A stretch of DNA of 63,347 nt, the filler included, from Choristocarpus tenellus KU-1152 (lineage: Eukaryota > Protista > Phaeophyceae), in assembly GCA_964200185.2 (NCBI GenBank). It is 12 parts of 12 records of this genome, joined end to end, with 100 filler letters (N's around TTAATTAATTAA, not from the genome) between each part and the next. Parts side by side here need not be neighbours in the genome. Positions count along the whole stretch, not along the records: positions 53,386 to 56,859 come from CAXNAD020019792.1; positions 56,960 to 59,701 come from CAXNAD020025144.1; positions 59,802 to 63,347 come from CAXNAD020019343.1; 9 more parts are not named here. The stretch is one strand, 5' to 3'. Under the pieces are notes generated by a model that worked only from the letters and a program-made list of their open reading frames with translations, did no database searches and was not told where the DNA came from. How positions within the stretch are numbered: position 1 is the stretch's first letter; each line of letters opens with the position of its first letter. A program made the position numbers and the translations under genes. This document shows, one piece after another, positions 54,061 through 63,347 of this stretch.

Positions 54061-55320
54061 GAAAGAGGAAGCAAAGGAGGACATAGCAGAAGATGGGAAA
54101 ACGGATATATTCTCTTTGAGGAAATGAGTAGTGCACAAGGTGACTTCATAATCGCGAGGTTATGCTCAAGAAGATCAGGGCCTAGCCTAGGGTGCAGGCA
54201 ATGTTCCAGAATTGAATTGACAAACAACACATGTGCCAGATGTGAGCAGCAAAGGGGTGGGAAAAGTCGTAATGTTTACCCATAACCATGTAACCAAGCG
54301 GGCAGATATCCACAATTGACCCAGGCTGCAGCGCTGATGTCACAAGAACCAAAACGTCCTGCATTGTTTCAGAGATGGTACGAAATAGGGAGAAGTGTGA
54401 GAATTCGTGGGTGTCCGTACATTGTAATCGAGTGACAAGTCTAGAGAGATTGGATACGCTTGATGTACTTGATATTCCCAAAAGATAGACACATAGAGAA
54501 CAAAATGTACGAAAACATATGTACTGCTCTTGGCAGGTGTACGTAAAACACTGAGAAATATCTTACCAGAGGATCGCCATCTCCGCACAGTGTCTGGGGA
54601 ATGAACCCGTAGTAAAGTGGGTAAAAGATGGAGTTGTGAAGTACACGGTCGAGCTTTAGCATATTGATCTCGTCATCCCACTCGTACTTCATGCACGACT
54701 CCTTGGACAGCTCCACAAAGCAGTTGCACTGGTTGACATAGACATGGAAAAGGAGTGAGGAACTTTCTATTGGGAAATGCAGGTTAAGGCAATTCTCAAC
54801 TAAACCAGTAAAGGGTGCATCTTGCCTTAGGTTTCTAGTTGAGCTTTATTTGCAGGCCAATGAAGTTAGAGCGAGGACATAGGTACATGGGTCACACGTT
54901 CTACTTCCCTTGTACAAGTTCCTTAAAAAATCGCAGCCTCTTGCGCTTCTTGCGGCTATCTCACCAATCGAGGAAAGTCATCTCCGATGGGAAGGGAATA
55001 TGCCCCAAGGCAACTTGCCTCCACCCCGACCAGATTATCTTCACCGGCAAGAGCTTCCATCATTCCCCCCACAAAATCATAGTCCACTACTGTTTCAGTT
55101 CGCTACTTCCAACCTATAGACCACGGGGAAAGTCAAATGCGGGCACTAAGTGGGTGAGAATTCTTCACTAGGGACAAATCTCGGAAGTTCACTCTAAACG
55201 GATCATGATTACGCACCTGACGAATAAGATACGATAGTCTATGGTTGCAACACATCTTACCTTTGTGCTGTTTGGCGCAAGCAGGCCGAGCCCATCCATG
55301 AGGTCGAGAGAGAAATCTCG
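53482..55320 (-). CDS. PPA: Family I soluble inorganic pyrophosphatase; exons 55320-55261 (tentative), 54728-54567, 54358-54280, 53857-53803, 53551-53482; both ends incomplete
   Basis: [14 protein letters not shown]...KLDRVL...[15 protein letters not shown]|DVLVL...[25 protein letters not shown]...EIANIFE; contains the DxDPLD signature and conserved K, E, R, Y and D residues. Confidence 0.95.
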
Positions 55321-56014
55321 CTGTGGGTCCTCGACTAACCGCAATACCTATCTTTCGACCAACTACAACGAAGTTCATGGTGTCGATATATAGCTGCTGA
55401 ACTCCTCAACTACAGAGAAGAGATCGCCTCTTTCTAACCTCGCTGCATTATTTGTTTGCTAGAGTCAGGGAGCCAGATTGGGATAACACGATAGAGCTCT
55501 AGATTCACGAGAGGAGATGTGGGTGGGATTGGGAGGGAATCGTTCCAAAAAAGTATTTGATTTTCCTTGAAACGGATAAATCCATAACGCCTTCCACTTG
55601 ATTGATCAAACACATGCTCTGACTGACCCAATACTGAATTCAACTTAGGGTTACCTGTTATGTTTACTTATCAAATGGGACCATAGTAGGCGCACATTGT
55701 CCATCATCAGTGCGTCGATGCCGAAAAGGCCATGGCCGCAAGCGCCAGCAGGAGCTGCGCTGACTAACCTTGTATGGAGTCTTACTATTGGAGTATCGGC
55801 CTTCCTTACACCAACGACACTCTTGGTAATAAATGGCGGATGCCCACGAGCGAGGATGGGAGAAAGGGAAGGTCAGCGACAGCGAGGAGGCGCAAGCGGG
55901 TTAGATTTCAGCATATCTTCGTACTTGCCCAGAAAGTTGGTGAGTTTTGAAAGTGGATGTGGTAAGAACCAAGTTCTCGTCTAGAAAAGGTGAAATTGAG
56001 GCTTGGTCCTGATC

Positions 56015-56859
56015 ATGAGGAGTAGCAGGAGATCGCAGGTAAGACCCTGATATGCAACTGTTACTTGGACCTGAAAAATTAATGGTACATTCCTGTGTAA
56101 ATGGTAGTACTGCATCCTGATACTATTTGGCAGCTTTTATCGATGATATATCTATCCTTGTGTTTCCGTCTTTCAGCAGTTTGCTTCTCTGGGTGCTGTA
56201 GACAGACCCCTATTCCAATAAGCAGTACATTTACATTCACATTAAAGTTGATGGCATCATAGGACATGGTTTTGCCAAATAGGATGGCTTGTGAGGTGCA
56301 GGGTGCCAATCTGACACAGGACCATTTTTCTGTTTGGATTCGGGACAATGTCGAGGTTTGAAGGGAACTGCCGCAATGCCGTTCAGGGAGCGCAGGATGG
56401 CCGCTATTGTAACTAGGGTGATCACCACGGGTGGGGAAACACCCACCCGTGTAAGAGACAAGGAGTCGGAGGAAGGTGCATCATCCAGCGGGGAGGTACA
56501 TGAATGGTCACATGAGTACGCCTCCCTATGGTTGCCTCAGGCCCATGTACTTACTTATCTGTGCAATTCTTCATTCATCGTGTGACAAATATATACATTC
56601 CAACACTTTCTTAGCTTGATCTTGCCCAGATTTTTGTATTACTTGACCTTCTCAACCCTTGGTTGGTCAAGGGGTTGGAAAGTAGACAAGGCAAGAAATG
56701 AAATATAAGGTGTATGAGTAGGAAACCCTCCTCCAACAACCACTCAGATCTGGCCCTCTATCCGCAGGAGTCGCCAGTGGGAGGTGAATCGTCGGCACCG
56801 TCGGAAGACCGGTGGCAGGGATCTGGAGCAAAGGATGGGGAGGGGGGGGGGACAAAGGG
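56015..56859 (+). CDS. Possible 5' exons of a gene divergent from PPA (56015-56038, ~56283-56495, 56767-56859)
   Basis: ATG...CAG|gtaaga, ...GAG|gtacat and ccgcag|GAG are phase-0 compatible, but the middle exon has an early in-frame TGA with the most obvious acceptor. Confidence 0.3.
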
Positions 56860-56959
56860 NNNNNNNNNNNNNNNNNNNNNNNNNNNNNNNNNNNNNNNNN
56901 NNNTTAATTAATTAANNNNNNNNNNNNNNNNNNNNNNNNNNNNNNNNNNNNNNNNNNNN

Positions 56960-57341
56960 AAAAGTCTTTGGGGGGGGGGGGGGGGGAGTCCTACACCAGG
57001 GTGTCCATTTGGACCCTAACAAGTAGAAGTTCACTTACATTATCCATCCAATGCATGCAACCAAGTTCATCCAAAAATCGTGACATGGAAAAATGGGCCC
57101 CAAATCGACAGCCGCCACCCCCACCCCCAGATATTTTGAGCCATCTTCACATCAGAACTATCAACTGACCCAAAGTATCTGGGGGGGGGGGGTCTACACC
57201 AGGGTGTCCGTTTGGACCAAAATCAGGAAAAGTGTAGTTACATTATCCATCCGACCTAATGCAACGAAATCACCCAAAATCGCGACAAGAAAAATTTGAT
57301 CCCAAATTGACAGCCGCCACCTCCCCCAGATACTCTGGGCC
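56960..57341 (+). mobile_element. Two adjacent MITE family C copies (56960-57142, 57167-57341)
   Basis: Both are homologous to 27678-27867. Confidence 0.88.
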
Positions 57342-57869
57342 ATCTGTATCTCCTATATTGGTTATTCTTTTTCTGTGGTTGACTTTACCCCCACTTAGAC
57401 TTTGAGCTCACTCTGTGTGTATTAAGTCTACCTGATGCACATCTGGATGCCAAATATTCAGGGTTAAAACATCTACATGATCCCTTCTTCACAAGGTGCC
57501 AAGCCTCTACTCAGAGCATGTGTCTCTTCCTTTTTGAGCGTCTCAAGGAATACCCACAACTTTGCAGCAAATAACCTCTGACTATGAACAGCATGTCACT
57601 TCATCAGAACAAATGCACCGGTGCTTCACCGCACCATGACACCCCTTCCCTACCAACCAGTCACTTCACAAGAAAGAACGATTCATTCAATTTCAGGTTT
57701 CAACATTGGTCTGCTGACCTTACATTATTGGGACGTTGTGTGTTAGGTGCTACATCTTAAGCAGCTGCCTCTGCCCTAAACAACGAGTCCCTGACTGCCT
57801 TACAGTTATCTATTGTTAAAGTTTCAGGGGAAACAGACATAACAAGGCATCCCTAGATGCCATCCTTTC

Positions 57870-58058
57870 TTAATTCACCCATATTTGAATGGATGAAGTT
57901 TTAAGTTTGAAATGAGAGCATTAATTTCTTTATTGTTTGAACTTTTCATAGGGAGTTCAGAAAAAATTATTCGCACATTCATAAGAAACCTAGATTTTCC
58001 ACATATTTTTCAGTATCTTTAAAATGCAACTTTGAGTACCTCTCGTTTACTTTGACTC
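57870..58058 (+). mobile_element. MITE family B, partial
   Basis: Right part homologous to 31975-32161, ending GTACCTCTCGTTTACTTTGACTC. Confidence 0.8.
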
Positions 58059-58268
58059 CGCAGAAAACCAAAGGTGAGATACTTTAAGGTTATCTGAGGT
58101 GTCAGCAGATGTACTTGATGTTACCACCCACGCGATGACCTTTTATCAATACTCGACATGGCTGATGCTTGACCTACAATGATATCACCTAATATGACAA
58201 AATTGTTGGATCATTGAGGGTTTTGGAGCACAGTACACCACGGATCAATGGAGACACGCCCAAGTTGA

Positions 58269-58527
58269 GAGTCAAAGTATATTAGAGGGTAGAACCGCGT
58301 CCATTTGGGGGCCAAAATCCAATGTTGCGATTTTGATGAATTTTGGCTATCGTGTTAGTTAGGAAATGTCAGTATCCATGTTCCGGACACACCTTTTCGT
58401 AATGTAAACATTTTACCTTCTCTGAAATGTTTCGGAATAGGTAAAATGTAATAAAATAACCCGTGGGAAGCCAAGCCCCAAACGGACTAACAGAGCAAAA
58501 CTCGTGCCCTCTTAGATACTTTCACTC
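58269..58527 (-). mobile_element. MITE family A copy (inverted), flanks TGA/CGA
   Basis: Both TIRs present; the 3-bp flanks differ by one CpG-type transition. Confidence 0.88.
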
Positions 58528-58559
58528 CGAACGAACACTATCGTGGTCAGTCTGTATGT

Positions 58560-59260
58560 TGCACAATGATCTCCGCAGGTATTAGGTCGACGGGGTATTG
58601 GTCAAGGCGGTCTTAAGGGGTAATCTTTACTTTTCGGATGAAAGCATAAATTTTCTCAGTGACCCATCTAGTAAAAGTATTCACATCTTCCTTCAGTTCT
58701 TGTCGGATATCGGTCATACAGCGGAATATTCTATCCATAGGATTTGGGACGGAAAATCCCTTAAGGATGGTGGTGATGAAATGTTCCCTCAAAGAAACAC
58801 TATGGGTCTCATAAAATGACTGACCCCTACCCTGGTCAACACTTGTACCACAGGGAATTTGGTGTTGGGAAAGGCGTATACACACATCCCCTAAAATCTG
58901 GTCGTAAGTTGCCAAGTGTGACTAGGTGCACAAACTGATGGTTAACCATCGTTATACCTCCCACTCAAGTGTGGAAAATTGTCAACAGTTTCTCATTGGA
59001 CACTGGGGGACAACCCTGTTCTTCAACATCCTAAAATGCATAGGAGTTGAATCTTTATGTCAAGGGTTGGTTCGGCGAGATGGGCTTGATGGGTTCAGGG
59101 TGACTTTGACTCATCTTCATGATGTTCAGCGTATCTGCATGGCAACATTCACCAATCTTGGTCATGATTCATCCTGCCAATGGCCTCATCAACTATCCAC
59201 TGTGCATACTGTAGTAGCCAACGTTCCAAGTTGATTCTGATGTTCAACTCCGGGGTGATG
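58560..59260 (-). mobile_element. Possible decayed retrotransposon gag-like region
   Basis: LREHFITTILKGFSVPNPMDRIFRCMTDIRQELKEDVNTFTRWV resembles the gag 'L..l.Q...EsV..f' major-homology-like segment; broken by stops. Confidence 0.35.
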
Positions 59261-62200
59261 TTCTCTTGTCCTCTTGGTTGTCCACTTGAACGCCTGCCAA
59301 GACACTGTATTGGTTCAGACCCAGGTCGCAGACAGGGTCTTCCCTCAGCTACTGCACCTTTGCCCTTTCCTGTTCAAGTGAGCTACCGGAGGTACCTTCG
59401 TCCAGAATTGTGAGCGCTGGAGTTGCTAGAGGTTGGATATTACTGGTACCCCCCTTCTTTCCTTTTTCAGTGGTAGCGTTGGCATTCTGCTTCTTCTTAC
59501 TGCGTTTCGCTGGCACCTTCTGTTGGGGGGTTGTTGTTGACCCACTTTGCTCGGTCTCAGGAACTCAGTGTTGTCAGTTATGTTCCTTTTCACATAGATT
59601 AACCCCCAAACCACCTGAGTGCGAATACTACTGTGAAGTGTCAAGGCTTGTTGGTTCTCTTATAAGGCAGGGCAATCAAGACCCAAAGTATCTGGGGGGG
59701 GNNNNNNNNNNNNNNNNNNNNNNNNNNNNNNNNNNNNNNNNNNNNTTAATTAATTAANNNNNNNNNNNNNNNNNNNNNNNNNNNNNNNNNNNNNNNNNNN
59801 NAAAGTATGAGAATGGGGGGAGGGGAGGGGGGGGGGGGGGGGGGTCCCAGGCGTGGGGAGGGCGATAATTAGGGCACATTTGATTTGTGCTTTTTGTAGA
59901 GGAGTCAGTCGTAGATAGAAATGGCAATACCAGTCATTCCTTCCAGGAAGAGGCAGACTCGTTTATAGGGTGTTTTGCTGTTGGGGGTAGGACTCTTAAT
60001 ATGGGAGGGAAGGGATCTCATCAAGTGAGCCTAAGTAATCGAGAGGTAGGTAGGTCTAGAACCTTTCTCATTCTATCTAGGCCAGCTTTCCCCTAACCCT
60101 GTGCATTTCACTCCGTTTCATTGGTTTGTGTGCACAGTAGTGTACCATGTAAAATAAATAGTATTGATATTCCCCCCCCCCCTTTTTCTTTTTTTTTTTT
60201 ATCAACTCACCTACACCCTGGTCCTTCACCTCCCTTTTTTCTGCGATTCTGATAAAATGGAGTGCTTTTGGTTGTGATCTTGTTACATCCTTGAAGTAAG
60301 TAATAGGCAATTCATCTTGGGGAAATGGTTGCAAAATTACTCTGTGATGTGGACTTTGGGTTTATTCAGTTCACCTGGTTCCAGGGGCTTTACCCTACGG
60401 AAAGCACTGATGTATGTATAGAACGATCCACCTTGCTGTTGTGATTTTATTGATGAATTGATTTGTCCCAATACGTACCCGCTAACTTAGCTCCAGCCTT
60501 AATTAACTACATTTTTTTTTTCTTTCAGGTGTTGTGGTCGGCGGTGATGGTGTATCTAGGATTCCTCCACCTGTTCTCCTTGTACAAGTTTGTTGTGTGC
60601 TGAGAGGGTAAAAAAATAAAAATAAGTGTTTGCGTGTGAGTGTGTGAGTGTGTATTTGTATGTGTGCGTGCGTTCAGCCTTGTATTGGCTGAGATGGGGC
60701 CTATTGCCATAGGTATTTTGTTGGGTTGATGAGTCAGAAAAATGTATAAGAGAGTAGTATTAAACCAAGCAATTGAACAAAGGAGATCCGGTGGACTACG
60801 CCCAAAGGGGACAGGGGATGAGGAGGCTGTGATGTTGGTGGAAGAAGACCCAGGAGGAAGAAGGGGGGGGTGCATATTGCAGTGCTTCATGTGTGTGTGT
60901 GTGTTGTATTTTTTTGTCTGTGGAGGTGGTGGTATACAATTACGAAGGCGTGTGTTTAGTGTTTTGGTTGATCAATTGATCGTCGGTAGTACTGCATTTG
61001 TTGTCAAGAACAAAGATAATCACATGCATGGCAAAACAGCAAGTATGTGCTTGTTGTTTTTTTTGTGTTTTTTTTCTTTGCAAGATAAGGTGTCTTGCGC
61101 GTACGTACTCTACTTGCACCATCCCAACAACATGTAGGAACTGTACCTTGTCGGCGGGGGAGGGGGAAACTGGTTGGTCTGAAGGGTTCTACAGGAACCG
61201 GAGAGGACTTTCGGTAATAGTGGTACAATTATTATTGCGTAGTATTTTTGGTACTGTCTTGTTTGTTGGACCACTGTTGGTGATGATGCGCGCTGCATCA
61301 TTTGCTACTCTCTCGTTGATATCGAGGTGTGAGGTGGTGCTGAAGTAACACTACCGTGTTTACTGTAAGCCAGGGGATACTACTTGAGATTGGGTTGCTC
61401 AGATTTGTGTTGGCTGAACTATGGTGTTGTTGCACTGGTGATCCGTGATTGTGTACAGCGCTAGTGGCAACGTACTACTCACGCCATCGTTTAGGGGTGC
61501 TTGGAAGAGTTCCTTGCGCCTAGTACTAATACACTGGGCAGGCTAGCGTATGTCAGGGACATTCGACTTAGTTTGCGCTCAGTATCCTCAGCAACCAATC
61601 TTTGTTGTTAGCGGTCTGGCATTTGTTTTCCCCTTTGTTTGCAGCCGTTGCAGTGTGATGAGGTCCCTATTGAGGTGCGAGGGAATGGAATTTGTAGGCA
61701 ACATTTCCGACAAAGACTCATCTTGTCGTCGTGTGCTTTCCGACACTGAAGATGGACAATGTGAGGGTGCCACACAAGGTCTACGTTGGCACATGGGGGT
61801 AAGGAATCGATTTCGTTACATCTTCGAAAACGTTGGTGATGGGATCTGTGGCAGGATCCTCTAACTACAACTATGACTGATGAGTTGGGAGTGTGCTCTC
61901 TGTGCTGTTGCTGTGTTTTTAACTTGTCCAAACAATTTTAGGGTGAAGATGCTCTTCCTTTATCTCCTGGGTATATCTCTTCGAGCACCATCTTGGTGTG
62001 TGCTTGGCCCCCTGCACTTCACTATGGCCATGGCTTCTTTTCGTTTTGTCTACAGCATTCCACCACCTTGAACGGAAGTCCAAGTAGTGCTTGCTCGATA
62101 AACATTTTCCATCCTGTCAAGTGGTCGTGATCCTGTGAAGTACTCCTCCTGTGCTTACTCACAATAAATTTGAGCTTTCTGCAAACGGTTTCTCACACAC

Positions 62201-63070
62201 CCTGACTGAGGTGTACATGGGTAAGAAGATGGGGAGGGGCTGTGTTGGGGGGAAAGAGAAGCTCTGGCAGTTCGCAGCTATGGTAGTATTTTCTGCAGCA
62301 GTACCAGGAGGGGAAAAGGGAGCAGGGAGGCTGTGGCTGGGTATCAAGGGTGACTGACCTATTATGCCAGGGGGGATCTGCCGGGGCAGAACATAAGGAC
62401 AGAACACCCTTGTTAAATGTACGTAAGTGATGTAGTATGTATGTGTGATGTGGGGTCTGTACGTAACTTCAACGTTCAAAGTGGGTAACAGAGAATTCTA
62501 AGCTACTGAAGGCATCACATACCAAGGGCTTCCCAGATAGCATAAAATCAAACATATCACGTTCTGGACCAAATATTTACCCTTATCAACAGTAATATTT
62601 GGCAAATTGGTTGGACTAGAGGTATAAGGGAAGGGTGGGGGGTATCTCACAAGAGTTGCTACAGATATGGGAATATCCACGGCTTTTATTCGAGCAGCAG
62701 CTATTAGCCTGTTCACTGAATTAGTCCGAGGAATCACAAACCTGTGATCAACAGGCGGTTTGAGGGAAAATTGAGACAGGCGTAACAATGACACTGACAA
62801 AATACAAGACCAATAGGGTACATGAAGAAATACTACTCAGGTGTAATGTAGGAGGGAAAGGTCTCAATATTGTGTATCTCTGCTAATAAGAACGGCAATC
62901 AGGAGGACAATCCAGAACTAATTCACTACACTATTAAATTCACCTGATATAACACAATGTCCACAACAAGCAAACTTCACAGACAGGGTAAATGCGCGGG
63001 GAACAAAGAAGAGGGAATCATCCAGAAAATAAAACTGTGAAATAATTCTCATACCGACACTCGAACTCGA

Positions 63071-63347
63071 AATACCAGTTTCAAAGACTGGGGTGATAAC
63101 CATTTCCCCACACGAGACTACTAATTCAGCCGATACATTCAACATCTTTTCACGCCTCACATCTCAACTTTATAGGGTAAAGGAATACCAGTTTCAAAGA
63201 CTGGAGGGATAACCATTTCCCCACACGAGACTGTTACATTCACCTGATACGTACAGCACGGTGTCCACCCTCACATGTCAAGTGTATGGGGTAAAGGAAT
63301 ACCAGTTTCAAAGACTGAAGGGATAACCGTTTCCGCACAGGAGACTG
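63071..63347. repeat. 113-114-bp tandem repeat, at least 2.4 copies (runs off the window end)
   Basis: AATACCAGTTTCAAAGACTGG.G.GATAACCATTTCCCCACACGAGACT recurs at 63071, 63184 and 63298. Confidence 0.9.

Overview
This is eukaryotic nuclear DNA, not one continuous locus. Twelve short contigs are joined by an artificial 100-bp linker (44 N + TTAATTAATTAA + 44 N), so adjacency across linkers carries no information. The genes are intron-rich (GT-AG), and one has a signal peptide + 'AVSA-FVAP' (ASAFAP-type) plastid presequence, which points to a photosynthetic stramenopile (ochrophyte, plausibly brown-alga-like). Genes reconstructed by hand: plastid class I fructose-bisphosphate aldolase (6 exons, truncated), a divergently transcribed 5-exon unknown gene, a complete 8-exon PHTF-family gene, a family I soluble pyrophosphatase, a large exon with tandem WW domains and a probable cyclophilin exon. 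The rest is mostly repeats: three related MITE families with 3-bp TSDs, copia remnants, LTR-like and tandem repeats. Best finding: a ~1.5-kb very AT-rich island (about 11200-12675) inside a host contig. It holds a frameshifted Rickettsiaceae-type uspA and the 3' end of a Bcr/CflA-type MFS transporter, probably a decayed nuclear insertion of endosymbiont DNA. It sits in a long multi-exon host gene that itself looks eroded by CpG-type C-to-T mutation. CpG is depleted in that gene but retained near intact gene 5' ends, which hints at DNA methylation with CpG-island-like promoters. All homology calls come from motif recognition, not database searches.
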